A stretch of DNA of 64,000 bases from Deltaproteobacteria bacterium (GCA_030262895.1 JAJSZW010000001.1:16360-80359), one strand, 5' to 3'. Shown: positions 38,738 to 47,306, counted from the first letter of the stretch. A program made the numbers and translations. The notes: generated by a model from the letters alone, not told the origin.

Positions 38738-40276
38738 TTATAGATTTTTATTTATCCTTTCAAGATTCTCCCTTACAGAAGCCATACCAGGATCCAAAGA
38801 CAGGGCTTTTTTGTACATCCTAATTGCCATGTTAAGATCTCCTTTTTCGCGGTAATTTGATCCAAGGCTGGCATAATCAATAGCTGAAAAAGGATCAATT
38901 TCAACAGCTATTTTAAGGTTTTCAATAGACTTGTCATAGTCTTTAAGCTTGAAATAAGAAAAGCCGAGAGAGTTATAAACTTCTTTCACATTACCTGCCG
39001 TTTCCTTAGCCTTTTCCAATTCGCCTACGGCCTGTTCATACTTTCCAAGGTTGTTGAAACATGTTCCTCTATAGATCAAAATCCTGATCCGGTCATCATG
39101 TTGGGGCTTCGAGCGCAAGGCATTTGAAAATTCCTCCAGGGCTGTGGTATAGTTTTCTGTTCCAAAATAACAAAGCCCCTTGTAGAAGTGGAAAAAGTAC
39201 TGCCCCTGATATGCTATCTCAACACTTTTAAAGGCTTTAAGGGCTTGATCGTAGTGTCCGATTTTTGTGTATCCAAGGCCAAGTCGGAAATAAATAGGAT
39301 CGGTTTCTTCAATTGGAGAGAGGTTTAGGGATTGCTTAAAGTTTTTTATTGCCTGGAAATCGTCTTCTGAATCCTGGCGTAACATTCCAAAATGATAGAG
39401 CAACGCTCCTATTTCTTGGTCAGTTGCAAGCGACTTGGGCAAATCTACAAAAGAATCAAGCATTTGTTCTCTGCATCCAAGGCAGTCTCTTTTCGACTTA
39501 TCCTGTTGATAATAATCGGCCAAAAGTTCTTCCAGGCTGCGCATTTCATAAATTTTTGCCATACCTTCATTTTTGAGGAATGCATCCATGCAACAGTAAA
39601 CATTACCATCTTGAGCCGAGATAATAAGCGAATCCGGACAAGATTCTGTCATAGACAAGTCGTTATTCTCTAACTTATCCAATGAATCATCAAGGATATC
39701 TTGACGAAATAGATTGCAAACGATGTCTGTCATCTCTCTGGAGTTTCCGATGCCGTAATAAACCTTGTCCGTCAAAGACAGAAGCTTTTCATCTTGAGCC
39801 AGATCTAAAGTGTCCTTGTTCAGGTAAAGGCTGGACAACAAAAAAGAGTTTTTTAGCACATCAAGGAGGTCAATGAGTTGGATGGGCTTGACCTGGTCAT
39901 TGGGAACAAGAACCGGCAGCAATATGAGTCTTGGCAATTCCTGGTGTCTGTAACCTTCCTGGTCAAATTTGTCAGTTGACTGTTTCAGGTATTTGTAACA
40001 TAGTCTTATGTCATCCATGGCCGATGGGGGGGCAGGATGGACAATATGAACATAAAGCCTGGCAAAGAGGTGCTCACTGAGAAACTCGTTGATATTTTTC
40101 TGGATACGTTCCACCTGGGGCATGCCGGCAGGAAGATTTTCCGAAACAATATAAATATTTGATGTCAGGTTAAGATGTGAATACAGGAACGATAACGTCT
40201 GCAAAACCCATTCAAGATTTTCCTTATCTTGTTCGCCAAGTATTATATATATTTTCTTAAATGCAGGCTTGGTCAT
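38738..40276 (-). CDS. TPR protein with a novel Cys-containing N-terminal domain
   Basis: The C-terminal ~200 aa are TPR units. The N-terminal ~300 aa have no recognisable family but contain CPDS...DGNVYCCMDAF...CLGC. The ATG at 40276 is preferred over 40363, which would overlap the upstream gene by 71 nt. Confidence 0.65.
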   Translation of the reverse strand: MTKPAFKKIYIILGEQDKENLEWVLQTLSFLYSHLNLTSNIYIVSENLPAGMPQVERIQKNINEFLSEHLFARLYVHIVHPAPPSAMDDIRLCYKYLKQSTDKFDQEGYRHQELPRLILLPVLVPNDQVKPIQLIDLLDVLKNSFLLSSLYLNKDTLDLAQDEKLLSLTDKVYYGIGNSREMTDIVCNLFRQDILDDSLDKLENNDLSMTESCPDSLIISAQDGNVYCCMDAFLKNEGMAKIYEMRSLEELLADYYQQDKSKRDCLGCREQMLDSFVDLPKSLATDQEIGALLYHFGMLRQDSEDDFQAIKNFKQSLNLSPIEETDPIYFRLGLGYTKIGHYDQALKAFKSVEIAYQGQYFFHFYKGLCYFGTENYTTALEEFSNALRSKPQHDDRIRILIYRGTCFNNLGKYEQAVGELEKAKETAGNVKEVYNSLGFSYFKLKDYDKSIENLKIAVEIDPFSAIDYASLGSNYREKGDLNMAIRMYKKALSLDPGMASVRENLERINKNL

Positions 40277-40292
40277 TATTTTATTGTTCCGT

Positions 40293-41576
40293 TCACGACA
40301 CAATTCGTTTTCCGCCATCCAGGGAATTAGCTTGCCACATTTGTCGGATCTGATGTAACTCACTGCGGCCCATGTAATCGGTTTCGTACTGAGACCCGAT
40401 AGACAGATAGGCTGGACGGTTGTTGTTCAACGGGCGTATATTGTAGTCCTCATAATGTTGAGCCATATGTGTACCAAAATAGATTTGCAATTGCTGGGAG
40501 TTTGTATTGCCCATTATCTTGACCTTGTTTTTCTTCACAAACTCCAGGGTTTTCACCGCATCCTCAAAGGTCTCATAAGGAAGGCCGTATATGGTAAAAA
40601 GTTCAACTTCTATGCCCTGGTTCTGTGCAAGCCTAATTGCCTCGGCCACCTTTTCACTGGTTATATGCTTACCCAGCCTTGACAGGACACGCTCTGAGGC
40701 CGACTCAAGTCCAAAGGCAATGGTACTTACACCCGCCCTTTTCATTTTTTTCAGCAACTCCGGAGTTACAAGGTCCGCACGAGTCTGCAACCACATTTCA
40801 GTCTCAAGACCTTCTTTTAGGATTCTATCAAGAATTTCTATAAGCCGTGACGGCTTATAAGAAATATTCGGATCAGCAAACCAAAATCTCTTTACACCTT
40901 TTTTTCTTATCCATCTGATTTCTTCAATAACTCTTTCAACGGAATGAAAGCTTATTTTGTGCTTGAAGGCATGGGGGGTGTAACAGTATATGCAGTGGTG
41001 CGGACAACCGCGAGAGGTCAGCATAATTGCCTCCCTCATGCGTGAGTAATCAAAAACGTCATCCAGATAGGCTGAGGGATAACGATCTAAATCGCTGTAG
41101 CCTTCAAGCTCCGGTGTATCAAAAACAGCATTATTGTCATCTTTGTAACTAACGCCGGAAAGATCCAAAAATGGCGTTCCATTTTCAATAGCTCGCGCAA
41201 TTCCCAGCAACGTAGGCTCGCCCGGAGATCGGCATATATAATCTACATCAGGTAGCTCTGCAAAAGCAGCAGAAGGCATGAAGGTAGCCTGAGGACCGCC
41301 AATAGCTATCTTAATATTATTGTCAATCGATTTTATGAATTTGGCAAGTCCTGTTATATATAGCATAATTCTCTGATAGGCGGAAAACCCAATCAGGGAA
41401 GGTTTAAAGGTGCTGATAAGCTCCTGAAAAGCGGAATGTGATAAGGAAGTGTTTTGTCCAATAGACAATATTTTTACACTAAAGCCTTTGGATTTGAGGA
41501 AGGACGCAATATATCCCAGTGAGACAGGTGTTGTTTCCTGTACAAAAGGGTTTATTTCAATCAGCAGAACATTCAT
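40293..41576 (-). CDS. B12-binding-domain radical SAM enzyme
   Basis: N-terminal cobalamin-binding-like domain, then the radical SAM CxxxCxxC motif (GCPHHCIYC). The ATG at 41576 (MNVLLIE) is preferred over 41615. Confidence 0.8.
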   Translation of the reverse strand: MNVLLIEINPFVQETTPVSLGYIASFLKSKGFSVKILSIGQNTSLSHSAFQELISTFKPSLIGFSAYQRIMLYITGLAKFIKSIDNNIKIAIGGPQATFMPSAAFAELPDVDYICRSPGEPTLLGIARAIENGTPFLDLSGVSYKDDNNAVFDTPELEGYSDLDRYPSAYLDDVFDYSRMREAIMLTSRGCPHHCIYCYTPHAFKHKISFHSVERVIEEIRWIRKKGVKRFWFADPNISYKPSRLIEILDRILKEGLETEMWLQTRADLVTPELLKKMKRAGVSTIAFGLESASERVLSRLGKHITSEKVAEAIRLAQNQGIEVELFTIYGLPYETFEDAVKTLEFVKKNKVKIMGNTNSQQLQIYFGTHMAQHYEDYNIRPLNNNRPAYLSIGSQYETDYMGRSELHQIRQMWQANSLDGGKRIVS

Positions 41577-41881
41577 AGAGAAAAGTTTTATAGGAAACAG
41601 ACAGGTTAATGTCAAGGTAAAACGTAACTACTTAGGTTCGCGGTTTTTTTTAAAATGAATTTTTGGCTACCAACTTAAGGCGGAACGCTTCTGATCAAAA
41701 ACCCTGTCAAGAAAAATATCTTGTTGTTTTCAAAAAAATCATGTTTGCTGTTTGAGCCATATATTGCTATAAATAAAATCCACCTGCACACGTTTTGCCG
41801 ATTTTGTGGGGTATTTATAGACCAGCTATTTCAAATGGCAAAAACCGCTCAATTTAGGTTTAAACAAAGGAAGATGTAAAA

Positions 41882-42121
41882 ATGAATAAGGCAGCCTTAA
41901 CAAAGCATGAGATTTACAATAAGCTGTTTGGATTTACCGAACATGATTTAGATGCTATTGCCAATTTTATCGATTTTATGAGGCATAAGAAAAAGCTTGA
42001 AACAAAAAAGGTATTCAAACTTGAAGGCATTCTTAAGGATCATGATATAGACTTTTCTGATCTGAAGGAGTTCAAACAGCAAACCTGGAAGCATGTTGAC
42101 CAGGAGTTTGGAAATGGATAG
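41882..42121 (+). CDS. Antitoxin-like small protein (DUF2281/VapB-like)
   Basis: 79 aa with an IANFIDFMRHKKK-type helix. Its stop overlaps the ATG of a PIN-like ORF (ATGGATAG), the classic toxin-antitoxin gene coupling. Confidence 0.55.
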   Translation: MNKAALTKHEIYNKLFGFTEHDLDAIANFIDFMRHKKKLETKKVFKLEGILKDHDIDFSDLKEFKQQTWKHVDQEFGNG

Positions 42122-42224
42122 TTTTGTGACCGACACTCAGGCCCTTGTAAAATTTATGATGGGCAAAAAGCCAGGTAGGGTGCATTCTATGCACTATCAA
42201 CGGCATATGGTATCATCTATATAA
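42114..42224 (+). pseudogene. Truncated PIN (VapC-like) toxin, only ~19 native codons left
   Basis: MDSFVTDTQALVKFMMGKK resembles a VapC N-terminus with the first catalytic Asp. The reading frame then runs into REP doublet A and stops. Confidence 0.45.
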
Positions 42225-42306
42225 TGATAAAATGTCTTGATGAGCAAAATTGAATGTTTTTTGGTGCGTAAAACACGCCCTGCGGTTTACAAACAATGAT
42301 TGAGCA
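42169..42306 (+). repeat. REP doublet A (two inverted GTAG-hairpin REPs plus spacer)
   Basis: gtagggtgcattctatgcac and, inverted, ggtgcgtaaaacacgccctgc. About 85% identical over ~140 nt to 46189..46329. Lies directly upstream of the RayT remnant. Confidence 0.8.
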
Positions 42307-42312
42307 CGGCTT

Positions 42313-42450
42313 ATGCCGAACTATCGACGGGCAAATATTAAAGGTGGCGCTTATTTCTTTACCGTGGTGACTTATCGGCGACAAAATTTCTATGCAATAA
42401 AAATGTCCGAAAGGCATTACTTGATGGTATCCGGCATAGGGTGGGCGATG
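42313..42450 (+). pseudogene. REP-associated tyrosine transposase (RayT/TnpA_REP) 5' remnant, frameshifted and truncated
   Basis: MPNYRRANIKGGAYFFTVVTYRRQNF matches the RayT N-terminus (E. coli YafM has YYIKGGTWFFTVNLRNRR). A 1-nt loss in a T-run near 42388 shifts the frame to LCNKNVRKALLDGIRHRV. Similarity ends near 42440, and that frame continues into the methyltransferase ORF. Confidence 0.7.
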
Positions 42451-42494
42451 ATAAAACGGTTTGTAACAAAACAATTTTGATAGGATTTGCTACA

Positions 42495-45353
42495 ATGGCT
42501 ACTAATTCCCTTCAATTAGTTGACTTTATTAACCCTGACGGCATTTATATCCCAGGTTTGATACCTATAGGCAGCGCCACGGATACGATAGGTCTTAGCA
42601 TCGACGAGCAAGTTGCGGTCTTTGATGCTGAGTCGTTTAAACACATAAATTTCGTATTTTTTCGCCGTTTTTCAGATGGCCGATCATCTCAAATTTTGGC
42701 TTACGTTGTCGATAACTCTGACGAACGGCTTGACGAAAAGGCATTAGCCGAACTTCACTTGCAGGTTTGGCTTCATGGTACGGCGCCATTGCTCTATATC
42801 GCCTGGCCAAGTCGAATTGATGTGTTGACATGCGCGCGAGGACCGGATTTCTGGAAAGCTGAAAACGAGGAGTGCCAGTATAATCCTGCGAAGAGACTTG
42901 AAGCTGAAGCTCTGAAAACTGCCGGCGCTATCACCAGTGAACTACAAAAGTTCTCAGCGTTGCGCCTTGCTGATGGAACATTTTGGGAAGAGCCTGGCAA
43001 TAAGAAATTAGCAGACCACGACAAGGCGGCGCACCAATCGCTAATTCAGGCAGTGGTGGAAGCTGATAGTGATCTTGATGGAGAAAAAAATCCTATTCTA
43101 CGTCGTCTGCTTCTGTTAATGGTGCTGATTAAGTATCTTGAGGATCGCCGAGTCTTTCCAAATAGAGGTTGGTTTGGCACGTTCCACAAAGGAGCAAAAA
43201 GCTTTTTTGATGTCCTGCAAGGCGGTGAACCTGAAGAGGTAAACAGGCTGTTGAATTTCCTAGAACGAAGATTCAATGGTGACATATTTGCTTTCCAGCG
43301 AGAAGATATCACAAAATCAATCCTTAAAACATTTGCATATCTTGTTGAAGCCAAAACGCTGAAAAAGCAGCGATACCTTTGGCAGCAATTTTCTTTCGAG
43401 CATCTGCCGGTTGAAATAATCAGCCATCTGTACCAGCGATTCGTTGAGGGCGGGCATGGTACTGTTTACACGCCTCCTTTCCTGGCATCTTTGCTTTTGG
43501 ATCACGCAATACCCTACGATAAAATCACCGGTAGAGAACGCATTTTAGACCCGGCTTGTGGATCGGGAGTTTTTCTTGTTGGAGCATTCCGGAGATTGGT
43601 CAATGTCTGGCGTAGTCGTAATGACTGGGAGCGTCCAAACGTCAATACTCTTAAACGAATTCTTATAGAGAGCATTTATGGGATCGAATTAGATTCAAAC
43701 GCTGTTGATCTGACAGCGTTTAGCTTGTGCCTGGCTATCTGTGATGCATTACAGCCGGATGTCATCTGGCGAGACTTAAAATTTAATCCTCTGCGCAAAT
43801 CAAATCTGTTTGAAGCAGATTTTTTTAGCGTTCTTCTTGAATCCCAGCAAGGTGAATCTATTGTTTGTGAAGGAGGATTCGATGTAATCATAGGCAATCC
43901 GCCCTTTGAATCCAAACTTTCAACCGCCGGGGAAAAAGTTAATAAAATTGCTCAACAGCAAGACAGTATTCGCGGAAAACTGCCGGACAAACAAACGGCA
44001 TATCTATTTCTGGAACAGGCATTGAATCTTCTTCGGCCTAACGGCAAAATTTGTTTAATTCAGCCATCGGGCCTGCTGTATAATCGCAAGACCGAAAACT
44101 TTCGTAATGCAATAGCTCGAAAGTGCAGAATCAAGACAATCCTTGACTTTACTTCTATTCGCAAACTCTATGAAGCGGACCCTAAAACCGTTGCAATATT
44201 TGCTGAAGTGGGTAAACCCAAAGAAAATCATTGGATTGCTCACTGGACATTTCGTCGAACAGTAAGTGTCAACGAGAGGATCTGCTTTGAACTGGATCAT
44301 TACGACCGGCATCGTGTTACACAAAAACAGGCCGAAACTGATTCCTTTGTATGGCGTGCGAATCTTCTTGGTGGCGGACGATTGCTTGATATGTCACAAC
44401 GTCTTCGGAGCATGCGTACACTTGCAGAATATGTTGAGCAGAATGGATGGGATTATGGGGAGGGGTTCATCGCCGGAAAAACGGGGAAACGAGCCCCCGC
44501 ACCTTTTTTAACGGGCAAGCCATTTCTTCCTACTCGGGCTTTCACCGATTCGGGTATTGACGAGACCAAAATTGAAACGGTTACAGATACACTATTTGAG
44601 AGCCCAAGATCAGAGGATCGTTTTACTCCACCACTCATTTTAATAAAAGAGAATGAGTCTCTCCCAGTTGTTTTTTGGAATAAAGGGTTTATTGCATACC
44701 GCGATAAGATCGTTGGAATCCATGCGCTCAAGTCCCAGGTTTCTGACCTACGCAACTTTTATAAATTTTTCCTCAGTAATCACGACATCTATCGGTTCTG
44801 TTGCACCCTGAATGGAACACAATCGTTGGTGGGCAAGTCCACCGCGATCCTTAAGCAAGATCTTGATATATTGCCTTGTCCCGAAGATTCGGAAGACCTT
44901 TCTTTCTCTTTTTGGGAGGAGGCGCTATGCGAAGATGTCCTTAAATATATGACCAGCTATGTACGACTCGGACAGAATTCAGAGTTACTAAAAACAGCAG
45001 CGGATATCAACGATCTTCGAGAGTATGCCGGCATGTTTATTCGTATGCTTGGCAGTGTATACGATAACTTGCAGGCATCCGACCCTGTTTTTCTTAATGG
45101 ATTGACCTGCCAACCATTCTATTTTGGCGAACGCCCAAATCTCAACTGGCTTACTGAACATCCGGAAGATGAACTGCGAAAACTTATCTATAGCGAAAAT
45201 CACGAACATTTGCGGACAGTCAGGTTGTTGCGATTGTACTGCGAAAACGTCCTGTTGCTTGTGAAGCCGGACCGGTTACGTTACTGGATACGCTCAACAG
45301 CAATTCGAGATGCCGATGAGACTCTTTTAGATTTACGCAGGCAGGGATACTAA
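42495..45353 (+). CDS. Large N6-adenine DNA methyltransferase with MmeI/PglX-like architecture (N-terminal domain, helical connector, gamma-class MTase, C-terminal specificity region)
   Basis: Motif I ILDPACGSGVFLVGAF, motif IV IIGNPPFES, and TVYTPPFLA upstream. Connector LRRLLLLMVLIKYLEDRRVF...FLERRFNGDIF. The ORF track starts at GTG 42441, inside the RayT remnant; the first ATG is 42495 and the true start is uncertain. Confidence 0.8.
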   Translation: MATNSLQLVDFINPDGIYIPGLIPIGSATDTIGLSIDEQVAVFDAESFKHINFVFFRRFSDGRSSQILAYVVDNSDERLDEKALAELHLQVWLHGTAPLLYIAWPSRIDVLTCARGPDFWKAENEECQYNPAKRLEAEALKTAGAITSELQKFSALRLADGTFWEEPGNKKLADHDKAAHQSLIQAVVEADSDLDGEKNPILRRLLLLMVLIKYLEDRRVFPNRGWFGTFHKGAKSFFDVLQGGEPEEVNRLLNFLERRFNGDIFAFQREDITKSILKTFAYLVEAKTLKKQRYLWQQFSFEHLPVEIISHLYQRFVEGGHGTVYTPPFLASLLLDHAIPYDKITGRERILDPACGSGVFLVGAFRRLVNVWRSRNDWERPNVNTLKRILIESIYGIELDSNAVDLTAFSLCLAICDALQPDVIWRDLKFNPLRKSNLFEADFFSVLLESQQGESIVCEGGFDVIIGNPPFESKLSTAGEKVNKIAQQQDSIRGKLPDKQTAYLFLEQALNLLRPNGKICLIQPSGLLYNRKTENFRNAIARKCRIKTILDFTSIRKLYEADPKTVAIFAEVGKPKENHWIAHWTFRRTVSVNERICFELDHYDRHRVTQKQAETDSFVWRANLLGGGRLLDMSQRLRSMRTLAEYVEQNGWDYGEGFIAGKTGKRAPAPFLTGKPFLPTRAFTDSGIDETKIETVTDTLFESPRSEDRFTPPLILIKENESLPVVFWNKGFIAYRDKIVGIHALKSQVSDLRNFYKFFLSNHDIYRFCCTLNGTQSLVGKSTAILKQDLDILPCPEDSEDLSFSFWEEALCEDVLKYMTSYVRLGQNSELLKTAADINDLREYAGMFIRMLGSVYDNLQASDPVFLNGLTCQPFYFGERPNLNWLTEHPEDELRKLIYSENHEHLRTVRLLRLYCENVLLLVKPDRLRYWIRSTAIRDADETLLDLRRQGY

Positions 45354-45355
45354 AC

Positions 45356-46075
45356 ATGAATAAGGAGCGCACTGAAGGAAAACTCACATCCGGAATTGAT
45401 CGGGCCACGAGTACGCTTGTTCTGAGAACGATCACCTTTGTGCGTCAGCAATTGCCGGCCTGGAGGGACGACCCTGATCGGCCTGATGAACAATTAGAAA
45501 ACAAATTGAATTTGCAATTGTGCAAGTTCCTCGACTCACGCGCCAGGAACGATTTTCCTATGGTTCGCTTTGATCATGAAGAGTATCAGACAGGGCGTCG
45601 TAGCGTCGATCTTTCAGCATCTCCGGTTGAAAAAATGGTAATCGGTGCACAAATGTATGCCATCTACAACCCTTTCCTCGTCTTTGAATGTAAGCGACTT
45701 CCTGCCCCTTCAAAAGACCGTAAAAAGGAGTATGTTACAGGAGGGGTAGATAAAATAAGTGGCGGGATTCAACGATTTAAACTTGGCCTTCACGGCGCAG
45801 GTCTGGATTCTGTAGTAATGATTGGTTATGTGCAAGAGTACTCCTTACGCTACTGGTTCCGCAAAATCAATGAATGGATTTCGGAACTTGCCATCAGCGC
45901 CATAGCAGATACCTGCATTTGGAATGATAGCGAATTACTTGAGATGATAGATGAATACGTGCCAAAGGGTCTCGCGACCTGTCGATCTGTCCATATGCGA
46001 ACTGATAGCACGACGAGTAGTGATATAACAATCCATCATCTTTGGATTGCGATGAACAGGCAACCCGAAAAATAA
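45356..46075 (+). CDS. PD-(D/E)xK nuclease-like protein, partner of the methyltransferase
   Basis: 239 aa. Starts 3 nt after the MTase stop. Candidate catalytic core: DHEEY, RRSVDLS, then ~25 aa, then LVFECKRL. Confidence 0.6.
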   Translation: MNKERTEGKLTSGIDRATSTLVLRTITFVRQQLPAWRDDPDRPDEQLENKLNLQLCKFLDSRARNDFPMVRFDHEEYQTGRRSVDLSASPVEKMVIGAQMYAIYNPFLVFECKRLPAPSKDRKKEYVTGGVDKISGGIQRFKLGLHGAGLDSVVMIGYVQEYSLRYWFRKINEWISELAISAIADTCIWNDSELLEMIDEYVPKGLATCRSVHMRTDSTTSSDITIHHLWIAMNRQPEK

Positions 46076-46188
46076 TACGATTGATTCGGCAAATGAACCG
46101 ATTTAGTCAAGAACTTGCAGAATCTGTTGCAGGCCGCCGATGTTTACCTTATGGGAATTTATGTAGAAGAAAGTAGTGGACATCCCAT

Positions 46189-46329
46189 AGCCAGGTAGGG
46201 TGCATTCTATGTACCATCAGCGGCATGCCTATCATCGCATACATGAATGATAAAATATCTTGACGGGCAAAATCGAATGTTTTCTGGTGCGTAAAACGCA
46301 CCCTACGATTTACAAACAATGATTGAGCA
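46189..46329 (+). repeat. REP doublet B
   Basis: gtagggtgcattctatgtacc and, inverted, ggtgcgtaaaacgcaccctac (perfect REP hairpin gggtgcg-tttta-cgcaccc on the minus strand). Direct repeat of 42169..42306. Followed by fic instead of rayT. Confidence 0.8.
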
Positions 46330-46364
46330 TGATCTGATATGCAAGGAACTTAGGGAAATATATT

Positions 46365-47192
46365 ATGCTTAGTTTTTTAGAAGGTCTTGACGGCGATATT
46401 TGCAAAGCGCTTATGGCTCAACTGCGCAACCTCTGGACACACACATCTACGGCGATTGAAGGCAATACCCTGACTCTTGGTGAAACAGCATTTGTTCTTG
46501 AGGAAGGGCTTACGATTTCAGGCAAATCTCTCAAGGATCATGAAGAGGTTGTTGGACACGCCAGGGCAATTGATTTTGTTTATGATCTTATTAGAAGAGA
46601 ATCCGATCTAACTGAAAAAGACCTGTTTGATTTGCATAAGGCTGTGCAGACGGAACAGATTTTTGATGTCTATAAGCCCGTTGGCGCATGGAAAGTAGAA
46701 CCGAATTCCACGGTTGTTGTTTCCGGCGATACCCAGACCATCTTTGAATATGCTCTCCCAAAAGATGTGCCGGAACTCATGCAAAGCTGGCTTGCCTTGT
46801 TTCAAGAAACCTGTAAAGAAAATGTAGTAAAAAAAGAGGCGGCATTGACAGCCTATGTGTATCTTCATGTTTCCTTTGTCAGAATTCATCCGTTTTGGGA
46901 CGGAAATGGCCGGATGGCTCGTCTCATCGCAAATGTTCCTGTAATCAGGGCTGGTTATCCCCCTATCATTATTCCAAAAGAGCGTCGTCAGGAATACATA
47001 GAGGCCCTGTCGGAATATCATCTATCGGTAGGCACTGTTACCGCCCGGAGTGAATTGTTGCCTGATGTTAATAAGCTGGACAGGTTCAAACAGTTCTGCG
47101 CTGAATCCTGGTCAGGGTCGATCAAGTTGGTGGATAATGCCCGTAGAAAGCAGCAGGAGCGAAACCAACAGAAAAACAAAGGTATTAAATAA
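46365..47192 (+). CDS. fic: Fic-domain protein (AMPylase family) with N-terminal auto-inhibitory motif
   Basis: Active-site motif HPFWDGNGRMAR, which fits HxFx(D/E)GNGRxxR. The N-terminal STAIEG fits the (S/T)xxxE(G/N) inhibitory helix. Confidence 0.85.
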   Translation: MLSFLEGLDGDICKALMAQLRNLWTHTSTAIEGNTLTLGETAFVLEEGLTISGKSLKDHEEVVGHARAIDFVYDLIRRESDLTEKDLFDLHKAVQTEQIFDVYKPVGAWKVEPNSTVVVSGDTQTIFEYALPKDVPELMQSWLALFQETCKENVVKKEAALTAYVYLHVSFVRIHPFWDGNGRMARLIANVPVIRAGYPPIIIPKERRQEYIEALSEYHLSVGTVTARSELLPDVNKLDRFKQFCAESWSGSIKLVDNARRKQQERNQQKNKGIK

Positions 47193-47306
47193 AAGATCGT
47201 CTCATCTACCAGACAAAATTAGCACTGGATGCCCCCAAGCCCTGAATACGCCCGGAGAAAAGCATTCAAAAAATCTGTAATTGTCGGCTAAACTTATAGG
47301 TTTTCG

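Noticed and set aside
41620-41860. Possible additional full element between the radical SAM gene and the antitoxin (gtaactacttaggtt... and the solo terminus aaaaaccgctcaatttaggtt).
   Set aside because: Only isolated terminus-like fragments are present. The two ends are not complementary to each other, so I list it as debris rather than as a feature.
42169-42306. The ~140-bp repeats bracketing the MTase cassette considered as integron attC sites or cassette boundaries.
   Set aside because: No GTTRRRY/RYYYAAC core sites and no intI gene are present. The units are clearly GTAG-hairpin REPs linked to a RayT remnant.
42217-42474. 85-aa minus-strand ORF from the track.
   Set aside because: It is made up of REP doublet A and the antisense of the RayT remnant. 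It has no start context or coding signal and is almost certainly spurious.
46076-46188. Search for the missing C-terminal part of RayT or of the PIN toxin in the 113-nt stretch before REP doublet B.
   Set aside because: No frame gives convincing similarity. The best is a 26-aa minus-strand peptide, MSTTFFYINSHKVNIGGL..., which only vaguely recalls the YINPVKHG block. Too short and weak to call.
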